Of a DNA stretch of 34,357 nt, positions 18,293-27,966 are shown one piece after another. The translations under genes and the position numbers were made by a program. Each line of letters opens with the position of its first letter. Positions within the stretch are counted from its first letter, which is position 1. The notes under the pieces were generated by a model. It was not told where the DNA came from. It made no database searches and worked only from the letters and a program-made list of their open reading frames with translations. Origin of the DNA: Myxococcales bacterium (GTDB taxonomy: Bacteria > Myxococcota_A > UBA9042 > JABWCM01 > BTVJ01); contig BTVJ01000079.1 in assembly GCA_045863395.1 (NCBI GenBank), forward strand, positions 1-34,357. Direction: 5' to 3'.

Positions 18293-19363
18293 ATGACCGG
18301 CAACCTCGCCTGCCCCCGCTGCAAGCGTCCCCTCGGGGAGCGCACCGAGTGCCCCTTCGACGCGTGGCCCGCGATCCCTGCTGGCGCGCTGGCGCCCGAC
18401 GACCCCATGCAAGGCGAGGTCGTCGCCCGCCGCTACCAGGTCCTTCACGCCATCGGCCACGGCGGCATGGGCACGGTGTATTCCGCGTGGGATCTGGATG
18501 CCGGCGCGGAGGTCGCGCTCAAGGTCATCCGCTGGGACACGGGGCGTGATCCGGCCCTCATCGCGCGCTTCCGGCGCGAGGTGTCCGCCACCCAGCGACT
18601 CGTGCACCCCAACGTCGTCCGGCTCCTTGACTCGGGCCGCACCACGTCCGGCTACCTCTACATCGCCATGGAGCGGCTCGTCGGCTGCACCTTGGCCGAG
18701 CACATCCGCGCCGAGGCACCCATGCCCGGCGACCGGGCGGCGCGGCTGCTGGTGCCCGTGTGCGACGCCCTGGAGGCGGCCCACGGGCTCGGCCTCGTCC
18801 ACCGTGACCTCAAGCCTGCCAACATCTTCCTGGCGCGCACCGACGGTCCCGAGCACCTGGTCAAGCTGCTCGACTTCGGCATCGCACGCGCCATGGACCA
18901 CGACCCCGTGGACGACGCCATCTGCGGCGGGCTCGTCGTCGGGACCGTCAGCTACGTCGCCCCGGAGCAGGCGCGCAGGGAGCCCGTCGATGGCCGGACG
19001 GACCTTTACGCCATCGGGATCCTGCTCTTCGAGCTGCTGACGGGTCGCACTCCGTTCACCCGCGCCGCCCCGCTGGAGACCCTGCGCGCCCACGTGATGG
19101 AGCCGCCGCCGTCGCCGCGCAGCCTCGCGCCCGCCCACGTGACCCCCGAGCTGGAGCGCCTGTGCCTGGAGCTGCTCGCGAAGGCCCCGGACGACCGCCC
19201 CGCCACGGCCGCCGAGGTGCGCCGGCGCCTGACGGCTGCTGTGCGCCCGGAGGTCGTGGTGGCGCCCGAGGCTCACCCCCCCCAGTCCCGTCGCCTGCGC
19301 CGGGCGCTGCTCGCCGTGGCCGTCGCAACCATTGCTGCGGCCATTCTGCGCCTCGCCTGCTGA
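18293..19363 (+). CDS. Hanks-type Ser/Thr protein kinase
   Basis: IGHGGMGTVY, VALK, HRDLKPAN, DFG, YVAPEQ, DLYAIG. N-terminal CPRC..CPFD ribbon and C-terminal hydrophobic helix. Confidence 0.95.
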   Translation: MTGNLACPRCKRPLGERTECPFDAWPAIPAGALAPDDPMQGEVVARRYQVLHAIGHGGMGTVYSAWDLDAGAEVALKVIRWDTGRDPALIARFRREVSATQRLVHPNVVRLLDSGRTTSGYLYIAMERLVGCTLAEHIRAEAPMPGDRAARLLVPVCDALEAAHGLGLVHRDLKPANIFLARTDGPEHLVKLLDFGIARAMDHDPVDDAICGGLVVGTVSYVAPEQARREPVDGRTDLYAIGILLFELLTGRTPFTRAAPLETLRAHVMEPPPSPRSLAPAHVTPELERLCLELLAKAPDDRPATAAEVRRRLTAAVRPEVVVAPEAHPPQSRRLRRALLAVAVATIAAAILRLAC

Positions 19364-19365
19364 CT

Positions 19366-20115
19366 CTACTGGACCACGTCCCCGCACAGGGTCGGGCAAT
19401 ACCCGTCCTGGGGTGGGCAGCCCCCGTGGATTGGGAAGTACTGGGCCTGCTGGACCCGGTTGCCGCTCTCGCACTTGCAGTCGTAGGCGCAGGGGGCGTC
19501 GCACAGGTGCAGCGGGTCCTGGCAGCTCCCCAGCGACTGGAGGCACCCCACATCGTTGAGCGTCACCTTCGCCGCGGACTTCAGGCAGTTCGCCACGCAG
19601 CCCTCCATGCCCGCCGTGAGGGTCTGGGGGCAGTACGCTGCCAGCACCTGGCACATCTGGGTGCAGGTGCCCGGGTCGTTGCCCGCGGTATAGGGCTGCT
19701 TGGCCGGGTCGAGGGCGGCGGGCTGCTCCGGTGGGTCCGTGTTCTCGAGGGTCAGGGTGCACTTGTCCGTCTCCCAGCCTTCGACTGCGCAGCTCCCCTC
19801 CGCCTTGGCGTAGAGCGACCCCTCCACGAACGCCAGGGAGCAGTCGAACGCCGTGTTGATGCCCTCGAGGGTGAACGCCATGGCGTCTCGGCTCACCGTG
19901 CCTTGCGCCTCCTTCGTGAACCCCTCGACCGCGCCGGTGAACGCGCAGCCGTCCTGCGAGAGCTCCCCCCACGCGCCCTTGGGGAAGCAGGTGCCGATCA
20001 CGACCTTCCAGGGGCCGGACACGGCGGGGCAGACGTCCGTGGTGGCGCCCGCGGGGGTCTGGTCGAGGATCTGACAGCCGGTGAGGACCATGGCGATGAG
20101 GGCAACGGCGCGCAT
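19366..20115 (-). CDS. Cys-rich lipoprotein
   Basis: MRAVALIAMVLTG-C lipobox, 21 Cys counted, GC3-biased codons. Confidence 0.85.
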   Translation of the reverse strand: MRAVALIAMVLTGCQILDQTPAGATTDVCPAVSGPWKVVIGTCFPKGAWGELSQDGCAFTGAVEGFTKEAQGTVSRDAMAFTLEGINTAFDCSLAFVEGSLYAKAEGSCAVEGWETDKCTLTLENTDPPEQPAALDPAKQPYTAGNDPGTCTQMCQVLAAYCPQTLTAGMEGCVANCLKSAAKVTLNDVGCLQSLGSCQDPLHLCDAPCAYDCKCESGNRVQQAQYFPIHGGCPPQDGYCPTLCGDVVQ

Positions 20116-20252
20116 GGCGCAGACTCTGGCGAGCGCGAGGGCTGGCGTCAAGGGCGCGGGAATGAAGCGCCCCTACGTCGCACTTGCTCTGCACGCCGCG
20201 ACGCGCTATACGGGCCGGCTGGCGTACAACCCACCACTTGGAGGACCGCGCG

Positions 20253-22301
20253 TTGAAGAAGGAGACCGCCATTATCAGCGTGATTGCCGTCGCGGTAGTC
20301 GCGTTCATGCTCGGACGCCTCAGCGTGGACACCGCCACGCCGTCGAAGGCGCCGACAGAGACCGTCAAACAGGCCGCGGACAAGCAGGCCGCCGTCGTCC
20401 AGGGGGCACCCGTCGGGGCCGCCGGAGCCCAGGGCGGGACGGCGGCCGCGCAGCCCACCCAGCCCGCTCAGCCCACAGGCCAGCCCGCTGGGTCCGTGGG
20501 CCTCGCCGGCATGCCCTGGAAGGGCGCGGCGAACCCGAAGGTCGTCATCATCGAGGTCAGCGAGTTCCAGTGCCCATTCTGCTCCCGCGTCGGGCCGACG
20601 CTGAAGCAGATCGTCGAGGCGTGGCCCAACGACGTCCGCGTCTACTTCATGCACAACCCCTTGGGCTTCCACCCCAACGCCATGCCGGCCGCCAAGGCGA
20701 GCGTCGCCGCCCACCGCCAGGGCAAGTTCTGGGAGTTCCACGACCTGGCGTTCGCCAACCAGCGTGAGCTGAGCGACGCCAACTACCTCAAGTGGGCCCA
20801 GGAGCTGGGGCTCGACGTGGAGAAGTTCAAGAAGGACATGGCGGACCCGGCGGTGCAGACCGAGGTGGAGCGCCAGCAGAAGGTGGCGGTGGCCCTCGGT
20901 GCCCGTGGCACGCCCGGCTTCTTCATCAACGGCGAGCTCTTCAGCGGCGCCCAGCCCTTCGAGAAGTTCAAGGAGGTCATCGAGAAGCAGCTCGCGGCGG
21001 CCAACGCCAAGGGCGGCGACTGGGTGGCGGTGGCCAAGGAGTCCCACCAGCAGGGCGCGAACTTCGAGAACTGGGTCGTCAAGGGCGGCGTGCCGTCTGC
21101 GGACGCAGCACCGCCGGCCCCGAGCCGCGACGCGGCGCAGCCCCAGCGCCCGCCGGCGGACCCGACGGTCTGGAAGGTGGCCGTCACGGAGGCCGACCCC
21201 CACAAGGGCAAGCTCGACGCGCTGGTCAAGGTCGTGGTCTTCAGCGAGTTCCAGTGCCCCTTCTGCTCGCGGATCAAGCCGGCGTTCGACCAGATCGAGA
21301 AGACCTACGGAGAGGACGTGGCCATCGTCTTCAAGCACAACCCGCTCCCCTTCCACAAGGACGCCCCGGCCGCCGCCCACGCAGCCTGGGCCGCCCAGCA
21401 GCAGGGCAAGTTCTGGGAGATGCACGACAAGCTCTTCGCCAATCAGCAGACCCTCGACGAGGCGAGCCTGGAGAAGTACGCCACGGAGATCGGTCTCGGG
21501 CTCGCCAAGTGGAAGCTCGACAAGGACTCGCCGGCCGCCAAGGCCAAGGTGGACGCCGACCAGAAGCTGGCCGCCGAGGTCAGCGCCCAGGGCACGCCCA
21601 ACTCCTACATCAACGGCCGCCAGGTGACCGGGGCCCAGCCCTTCGAGGCCTTCAAGGCGGTGATCGACGAGGAGCTGGCCAAGGCGAAGGCGCTGGTGGA
21701 CGGGGGCACGCCGCGGGCGAAGGTCTACGATGAGGCCATCAAGAAGGGCAAGATCTTCAAGCCCCTCGACGACACGGCCCACGAGCTGGACTACAAGGAC
21801 TCGCCGATCCTCGGCAAGCCCGACGCCAAGATCAAGCTCATCGAGTTCAGCGACCTGGAGTGCCCGTACTGCGGGCGCGTCGGGCCGGTCCTCAAGCAGG
21901 TCAAGGAGATGTACGGCGACGACGCGGCCATCGTCTTCAAGCACTTCCCGCTGTCCTTCCACAAGGCCGCGATGCCCGCGGCGGAGGCCGCCATGGCGGC
22001 CATGGAGCAGGGCAAGTTCTGGGAGTTCTCCGACAAGGCCTTCGAGAACCAGAAGGAGCTGACCCCCGAGAACTTCGAGAAGTGGGCCACGGAGCTCGGT
22101 CTCGACCTGGGCAAGTTCAAGGCGTCCATCGAGAGCGGCAAGTGGAAGGACAAGATCCAGCGTGACATGGCGGAGGGCGGCAAGGCTGGCGTCCGGGGGA
22201 CCCCGTCCCTCTACATCAACGGTCGCAAGTTCGAGCCCTCGGGCGGCATGAACCCGCAGACCTTCAAGGCGGTCATCGACTCCGAGATCCTCGGAAAGTA
22301 A
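20253..22301 (+). CDS. membrane-anchored protein with three DsbA-type thioredoxin domains
   Basis: TTG start with GGAGG and an N-terminal TM segment. SEFQCPFC, SEFQCPFC and SDLECPYC, each with QGKFWE and a GTP cis-Pro loop. Confidence 0.93.
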   Translation: MKKETAIISVIAVAVVAFMLGRLSVDTATPSKAPTETVKQAADKQAAVVQGAPVGAAGAQGGTAAAQPTQPAQPTGQPAGSVGLAGMPWKGAANPKVVIIEVSEFQCPFCSRVGPTLKQIVEAWPNDVRVYFMHNPLGFHPNAMPAAKASVAAHRQGKFWEFHDLAFANQRELSDANYLKWAQELGLDVEKFKKDMADPAVQTEVERQQKVAVALGARGTPGFFINGELFSGAQPFEKFKEVIEKQLAAANAKGGDWVAVAKESHQQGANFENWVVKGGVPSADAAPPAPSRDAAQPQRPPADPTVWKVAVTEADPHKGKLDALVKVVVFSEFQCPFCSRIKPAFDQIEKTYGEDVAIVFKHNPLPFHKDAPAAAHAAWAAQQQGKFWEMHDKLFANQQTLDEASLEKYATEIGLGLAKWKLDKDSPAAKAKVDADQKLAAEVSAQGTPNSYINGRQVTGAQPFEAFKAVIDEELAKAKALVDGGTPRAKVYDEAIKKGKIFKPLDDTAHELDYKDSPILGKPDAKIKLIEFSDLECPYCGRVGPVLKQVKEMYGDDAAIVFKHFPLSFHKAAMPAAEAAMAAMEQGKFWEFSDKAFENQKELTPENFEKWATELGLDLGKFKASIESGKWKDKIQRDMAEGGKAGVRGTPSLYINGRKFEPSGGMNPQTFKAVIDSEILGK

Positions 22302-22350
22302 GCCCACGCCGAGTCCTCCCGGCGCCCCGCGCGCCCCCTGCCCTCCACCC

Positions 22351-22400
22351 TTGACGCAACCCCGCTCCTGGGGCGAACCTTTGCGCCGGCCCGTTGTCAG
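22351..22400 (+). promoter_or_regulatory. candidate ECF-sigma autoregulatory promoter
   Basis: GAACCT at 22375, with AAC 17 nt before GTC (22396), upstream of the ECF gene. TTGACG also at 22351. Confidence 0.5.
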
Positions 22401-22432
22401 CCGTCGGGCCTTTTGCGCCGAGGTGCCCCCGC

Positions 22433-23047
22433 GTGTTGCCCCAGTACGACGACCGCTTCATCGCGCGCCTGAAGCGCCAGGACGAGCGAGCCTTCAACCA
22501 GCTCGTCCTGGACTACCAGCACCGGGTCTACACGTTCGTGCTGCGGATGCTCGGGTCCCAGGAGGAGGCGCGGGACGTGGCGCAGGACGTGTTCGTGGCC
22601 ATCTTCGTCGCCTTGCCCCGGTTTCGATCCGAGAGCAAGCTGTCGACGTGGATCTTCCGCATCGCCACCAACCACGTGCGCAACCGGGTCAAGTACCTGT
22701 CGCGGCGGGCTGCGGGGCGGCGGCAGGAGCTGTCGGAGGTCATCGAGCCCGAGGACTTCGGCGGCGACGTCATGAACCGGCCGGCGCGGCCGGACCGGGC
22801 CTTGGAGGGCTCGGAGCTCGAGGGCTTCCTGCAGCAGGAGATCGCCGCGCTGGACCCGGATCAGCGCGAGCTGCTCGTGCTGCGGGACGTACAGGATCTC
22901 TCGTATCAGGAGATCCAGGACATCACGGGGCTGCCCGAGGGGACGGTGAAGAGCCGAATCCACCGGGCGCGCCTCGCGCTGAAGGAGCGGGTCGACGCGT
23001 TCCTGGCAGGGCGTGAAGACAGCGTCGCCACGAGAAAGAGCGGGTAG
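22433..23047 (+). CDS. ECF RNA polymerase sigma factor (RpoE/SigW-like)
   Basis: DERAFNQLV, EARDVAQDVF, FRSESKLSTWIFRIATN (region 2), LSYQEI..GLPEGTVKSRIHRAR (region 4). Start GTG 22433 or TTG 22436. Confidence 0.93.
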   Translation: MLPQYDDRFIARLKRQDERAFNQLVLDYQHRVYTFVLRMLGSQEEARDVAQDVFVAIFVALPRFRSESKLSTWIFRIATNHVRNRVKYLSRRAAGRRQELSEVIEPEDFGGDVMNRPARPDRALEGSELEGFLQQEIAALDPDQRELLVLRDVQDLSYQEIQDITGLPEGTVKSRIHRARLALKERVDAFLAGREDSVATRKSG

Positions 23048-23057
23048 AGGAGGTCCC

Positions 23058-23636
23058 ATGCAGGAGACGCACACGAGGGATGACGAGCGGTTCCTGGATC
23101 TGCTCGACGGCGGTCTGCCGGACGAGGAGGCGGACGCGCTGCGGGAGGCGCTCCAGCGGGACCCGGGGCTTGGCCAGGCCTGGGATGGGTACAAGGGGCT
23201 CGTCGGGACGCTGCGGAGCCTGCGGCCCGAGGAGGCGCCCCCGGAGTTCCTGCACCTGGTGCAGCAGCGCATCCGTCGCAAGACGCGGGGGCGCTTCTAC
23301 GGCCCCGTGCCCGGGGCCGGCGGCTTCCCCTATCAGGCGGCGGTCTCGGTCGTGCTCCTCGCCATCATGATGGCCATCTACCTGCTCGGTCACCCCACGG
23401 AGGAGACGCCGCGGCTTGTCGACCCGGCTGCGCTGCGCGCGCTGCCTGCGGGGATGGCCGACGCGGTGGGGCTGGCCGGCGGGACCATGAACGGGGCCAC
23501 CGACCGCTGCGGCGGGCGCCACGAGATCACGCTGCCGGCGGCGGCGGTGGACGGCATCGCGCGGCGCTTCGACCAGGTGGGCCTCGATCCCGTCGGCGGG
23601 GGCGATCCCGCGCGCCTGTGTGTCACCCTCAAGTAG
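23058..23636 (+). CDS. putative transmembrane anti-sigma factor
   Basis: Directly after the ECF gene with GAGGAGG RBS. LLDGGLPDEEADALREAL anti-sigma-like N-terminus and one TM segment. Confidence 0.8.
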   Translation: MQETHTRDDERFLDLLDGGLPDEEADALREALQRDPGLGQAWDGYKGLVGTLRSLRPEEAPPEFLHLVQQRIRRKTRGRFYGPVPGAGGFPYQAAVSVVLLAIMMAIYLLGHPTEETPRLVDPAALRALPAGMADAVGLAGGTMNGATDRCGGRHEITLPAAAVDGIARRFDQVGLDPVGGGDPARLCVTLK

Positions 23637-23726
23637 ATCTGGCCTCGCGGCCCTCCCCCGGACTACCCTGTGGCCTCTGTGACTCGGACCGCCTCCCGCC
23701 TGGCGGTTGCTCCCTCCGGAGGACCC

Positions 23727-25355
23727 ATGCGCATCCTGCTCGCCCTCTCTCTGGCGCTGCTCCCCTCGGTGGTGGCTGCCCACGGCATCTACGGCCACAT
23801 GCACGTCACCGGCTGGGCCATCGAGAACCTGCCCGACGGGGAGCTCAAGGACTTCTTCTCGGACCCGGAGGTCTTCAACGCCGCCATCTTCGGGGCGGCG
23901 TTCACGGACTCGGGGTACTGGGAGAAGGACCCCGCCAAGGAGGACGCCGCCCGCGCCTACGGGGAGCACACCCACTGGGAGCCGTTCATCGAGGACTTCG
24001 TGAGCTGGGTGATGCTCAACGACCCGCCGCCCTGGGTGGACCAGGAGTCGCGGCTGCGGGTGGCCTTCATGATGGGGTGCGCCTCCCACGGCATGCAGGA
24101 CGAGATCTTCGACTCCCTGTTCCTGCACCAGGTGGAGCACAAGGACACGGGCTCCCAGGACAACGCCGACCCGGGGACCGACGGCTTCCTGGCGCTGGAC
24201 GGGCACATCCGCTTCATGCCGGACCCATACATCCCCATGGACACGCTGCTCGAGCTGTACGCGGTGCTGCCCGAGGGCATCACCGAGGGGATCATCACCC
24301 ACGCGGTGGGGCTCATGACCACCGTGTACGTCAACGACACCATCGGGCCTGCCGTGGCCGCCTCGCTTGGCGAGGCCTACGAGGCGGAGCTGCCGTGGAC
24401 GCGGCTCCACTACCTGGACCCGGAGGTGCCCGGGAGCCTGCGGGCCGAGATCTTTCCCACCATGCGCTACATGGAGGCGCTGTGGAAGCGGCTGCACGGG
24501 GCCCTGGGGCCGGAGGACGTGGTGATCTGGACCTTCCCGGATCCACCGCGGCGCCTCTACGGGGTGGACGCCACGTCGCCAGACCCGTGGGTGACGTTCA
24601 TCTACGGGGTGGGGGTGGGGAAGGGCTCCGTGCAGACCGTGTGGACCGCCGACGCGGGAGAGGCTGCGGTCCCCTACCAGCAGGTGGGGACCCGGTGGGG
24701 GGCGGACTGGACGCGGCTCCACCGGCTCCAGCCCACCGCCAGCCTGGAGCCGGGGGCCTGGTACACGGTGCTGTGGGGCGGCGGCACGCGCATCGACGGT
24801 GGCGCGGTGGGTGACGTGACCCTCCACTTCCAGGCGCCGTGCGCGGTGGAGGGCGACGCGGCGTGCCCGGACCTGGGGCCGCTGCCCGTGGCGAGCATCG
24901 ACCCGCCGGACGCCGGTGGGTGGGCGGATGCGGGGACGGACGCCGGTGGTGGGGACGCCGGCGGAGACGCCGGCGGGGACGCCGGTGGGGACGCCGGTGG
25001 GGACGCCGGTGGGGACGCCGGTGGGGACAGCGGTGGGGACAACGGTGGGGTGGACGCCGGCACGCCGGACGGTGGAGGGGACGTTGGCGCCGGTGGTGGC
25101 GGCCCTGGTGGGGACGCCGCGGGTGGCGACAGCGGTGGGGGCGGAGGCGGTGGTGCCGGAGGAGGGTCTCCCGACACGGTAGCGTCGGGTGGTGGGGAGG
25201 CCGGGAGCGGTGGCGGCGGCGCTGCGGACGCGGGGCGCGCGCCCGGGAGCGGCTCGGGCGGGGGGTGCAGCACCGCTCCGACGACCGGACTCCCGCCGTC
25301 GCTTCCACTGCTGGCGGCGGTCGTGCTCCTCGCCTGGTCGCGGCGCCGCTGCTGA
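23727..25355 (+). CDS. secreted Zn-dependent phospholipase C/GPI-PLD-like protein with Ig-like domain, Gly/Asp linker and MYXO-CTERM
   Basis: Signal peptide then HGIYGH. GAAFTDSGY, HTHWEPF, VAFMMGCASHGMQD. LQPTASLEPGAWYTV is Big_5-like. C-terminus GGGCS..LLAAVVLLAWSRRR. Confidence 0.82.
   Translation: MRILLALSLALLPSVVAAHGIYGHMHVTGWAIENLPDGELKDFFSDPEVFNAAIFGAAFTDSGYWEKDPAKEDAARAYGEHTHWEPFIEDFVSWVMLNDPPPWVDQESRLRVAFMMGCASHGMQDEIFDSLFLHQVEHKDTGSQDNADPGTDGFLALDGHIRFMPDPYIPMDTLLELYAVLPEGITEGIITHAVGLMTTVYVNDTIGPAVAASLGEAYEAELPWTRLHYLDPEVPGSLRAEIFPTMRYMEALWKRLHGALGPEDVVIWTFPDPPRRLYGVDATSPDPWVTFIYGVGVGKGSVQTVWTADAGEAAVPYQQVGTRWGADWTRLHRLQPTASLEPGAWYTVLWGGGTRIDGGAVGDVTLHFQAPCAVEGDAACPDLGPLPVASIDPPDAGGWADAGTDAGGGDAGGDAGGDAGGDAGGDAGGDAGGDSGGDNGGVDAGTPDGGGDVGAGGGGPGGDAAGGDSGGGGGGGAGGGSPDTVASGGGEAGSGGGGAADAGRAPGSGSGGGCSTAPTTGLPPSLPLLAAVVLLAWSRRRC
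24951..25046 (+). repeat. 12-bp coding tandem repeat GGGGACGCCGGY (GDAG), 8 copies
   Basis: Eight consecutive units; the last two read GDSG and GDNG. Confidence 0.92.
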
Positions 25356-25375
25356 CCCCACGGATACCTGCGGAG

Positions 25376-27955
25376 TCAGCGCGCTCCGGCAACGCAGCGC
25401 GCGGTCGCGGCCAGATCCTCAACCCGCAGCAGCCACACCGCCACGCTGCCGTCGGCGCCCGTCGTCGCCGCGAGTCGCCCGTCGCTCGAAATGGCCACGC
25501 TGGACACGTCGTCCGGGTGGTCGCCCAGATGCACGCCCACCGGGTCGGTCACCTCCAGGTCCCACGACCACACTCCGTGGGCGCGATCTCCCGTCACGAG
25601 CCGCGACGACCCCGCGAAGGCGGCCGCCAGGATGGGGCCGCGCGGGCCATTCAGTGGGTGGATGAGCACGCCGGGGGCCCCCGCCGGAAAGTCGCCGTCC
25701 TCCCCCGCGGGCGTGAAGGTCGCCAGATCCACCCCGCGCAGGTCGAGCAGGAGCGCCTCGGCCTCCGTAGCCCACAGGGCCCGGCGCCCGTCGGCGCTCG
25801 CCGCAAACGCCGTGGGCTGGATGTTCGCCGGGTCGTACCAGGTGCGCAGCAGGAGCGGCGCCTCGGTGAAGGGCGCCCGCCGCGGGTCCAGGACCGCTAC
25901 GCCGGGCTTCCCCGTCATGCGGTGGCCGGAGGCGATCTGCGCCAGCATCACGCCGCCCGCAGTGAACGCCACGTCCGCGACGGTGGACCCGTAGAGCTCC
26001 TCGGCCTCCACGGGGCGGCTTCGGCGCGCCAGGTCCCACAACAAGAGGCCATGGCCGGCGATGGCGAGCCAGCGGCCGCCAGGGTCGAAGCGCAGCCGCG
26101 GCGGGCTCCCCCCTGCGTCCGGGAGCGGGTGGACCAGCGGCGGCTTGCCGGAGCGTCGGTCCCACAGCGCGAGGGTGGTGGCCCCCCCCACGGAGAGCCA
26201 GCGGCCATCGGGGCTCGCCGCCACCGCCCGGGGCCGCTCGGGCAGGGACAGCGCCGTCGAGGTCGGGGGGGCCGTCGTCAGGTCCCAGACGCGGGAGTCG
26301 CCGCCCGACAGCGTGATGGCGACGCGCTCGTCCAGCCACGCAGCTCCAGTGGTGGCCAACGCCTCCTCGGGCATCAGCGGGCATGGACCCTCCAACCCGT
26401 GCAAGCGCAACAGGCGCAGCCCGCCGCCTGCGACCGCGAGGGTCCCTGGCGTCGGCAGTGACGCAGCCGTCCCCAGGCGCGCCGACCACGGGCTGGCGCC
26501 GCCGCCCAGCGTGCCGAGGGGCCACTGGCGAACGCCGTCCGAGGCGAGGGTCAGCGCGATGGGGGCGCCCGGGACCGTCGCGACGTCGATCACCGGTGCC
26601 TCGTGCCCCGACAAGCGGATGGGTGCGCCCGTCGCTGCGGGCTCCCACACCAAGGCCGTCCGATCGTCCGCCCCCGACAGGAGCCAGCGCGAGAAGCCGC
26701 GGGGGCCGAGCGCCCGCACGGCGCCGGAGTGGCCGTCGAGCAGGGTGGGGGAGGCCGCCTCTCCTCGCGCGCGCGCCCCGAGCGCAGCGGCGGTCCACAG
26801 CTCGACGCGGTCCCGGTCGGTGCACGTCGGGCAGTGGTCAGGGCGGCCCCGATCTGCGACCAGGGCGAGCGCCGCTCCCCCTTGGGCGAGGGCCGCCGGC
26901 AGGGGCGCCGGCATCGCCCGGCCCCAGAGCGGGGAGCGCAGCACGCCGAGATCCCCGGCGTCGCCAGTGGGGTCTTCCGTCGGCGCCGCGCTCGTCGTGC
27001 GCGCCACGGCGACCCCGGTGTCTCCGTCGATGGCGACGACGAGGTTGGCCGGCTGGTTCACCGCCACGTCCAGCGGCCCGAAGGTGCCACGGGCCAGGGG
27101 GAGGGTCTCCACCCGCAGGGGCTCCCCGAGGTGGAGCGCCTGCATGCGTCCGTCGTCCAACCCCAGGAGGGCGAGCTCGCCGCTCGGGTCCAGGCCCACG
27201 TGCCATGTGGAGCTGCCGCTGTGCGCCACCTGCTCGTGCAGCGCGCGGCCGTCCACGAGGCGCCAGGCGCGCAGGACGTCCCCCGCGGCCATCACCACCG
27301 CCTTGTCGGGAGCCACGCCCACCACCACGCCGTCTCCAGCCCCGAGCGGGCGCGCCTCGCTGTCGTTCGCGAGCCACACCGTGCCTGCCCGGTCGACGGC
27401 GCGCGTGGCCACGACCCAACCCGCACCCGCGGCCGCGGCGAACCGCGTCTCGCCCGGACCGGGGAGGTGGATGACGCGGACCCTCGGAGACTCCTCGTCC
27501 AGGTCGACGAGCCACGCGCCGGCGGCGTGGGCGCCGGCGAGCCACCGCTCCACCGGGGCCGCCCGCGGCACCCCGAGGGGCGGCGCGTCCCGCGCAGCCC
27601 GCCGCGAGGCGCCGGGCCCCACCGGGACGAGCCGCACGGGGCCGTCCACCTCCGGCGCAATGGCCGCCCAGCGGCGCCCCACCGCGACGAAGGCGCCACG
27701 GTCCATCCCGTCGCCCACCGGTTGCCCCCCCACCGCCGCGAGCAGCCGCCGCAGCGCACCCTCTGCGGAGCGGAGGCCGCCCGGGTCTCCCGCCGCTCGG
27801 AAGGCATCGGCGGCGTCCGCGGCGAGGCGCAGCGCCGTCTGTGGGTGACCGGCCGCGTCCGGCGCGAGGAGCAGCGCGCGGCCGTGTCCCGGAGGCTCGT
27901 CCGCGGACGCCTCCGCCCCGAGGGCCACGGCCAGCGCCAGCAGCGCGCATCGCAC
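25376..27955 (-). CDS. WD40-repeat protein with predicted signal peptide
   Basis: GHSGAV..LSGADDRTALVW, GHEAPV, DHPDDVSSVAISSDGRLAATTGADGSVAVW. GTG start after AGGAGA. N-terminus MRCALLALAVALGAEASA. Confidence 0.8.
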   Translation of the reverse strand: MRCALLALAVALGAEASADEPPGHGRALLLAPDAAGHPQTALRLAADAADAFRAAGDPGGLRSAEGALRRLLAAVGGQPVGDGMDRGAFVAVGRRWAAIAPEVDGPVRLVPVGPGASRRAARDAPPLGVPRAAPVERWLAGAHAAGAWLVDLDEESPRVRVIHLPGPGETRFAAAAGAGWVVATRAVDRAGTVWLANDSEARPLGAGDGVVVGVAPDKAVVMAAGDVLRAWRLVDGRALHEQVAHSGSSTWHVGLDPSGELALLGLDDGRMQALHLGEPLRVETLPLARGTFGPLDVAVNQPANLVVAIDGDTGVAVARTTSAAPTEDPTGDAGDLGVLRSPLWGRAMPAPLPAALAQGGAALALVADRGRPDHCPTCTDRDRVELWTAAALGARARGEAASPTLLDGHSGAVRALGPRGFSRWLLSGADDRTALVWEPAATGAPIRLSGHEAPVIDVATVPGAPIALTLASDGVRQWPLGTLGGGASPWSARLGTAASLPTPGTLAVAGGGLRLLRLHGLEGPCPLMPEEALATTGAAWLDERVAITLSGGDSRVWDLTTAPPTSTALSLPERPRAVAASPDGRWLSVGGATTLALWDRRSGKPPLVHPLPDAGGSPPRLRFDPGGRWLAIAGHGLLLWDLARRSRPVEAEELYGSTVADVAFTAGGVMLAQIASGHRMTGKPGVAVLDPRRAPFTEAPLLLRTWYDPANIQPTAFAASADGRRALWATEAEALLLDLRGVDLATFTPAGEDGDFPAGAPGVLIHPLNGPRGPILAAAFAGSSRLVTGDRAHGVWSWDLEVTDPVGVHLGDHPDDVSSVAISSDGRLAATTGADGSVAVWLLRVEDLAATARCVAGAR

Positions 27956-27966
27956 CACTGCATCTC

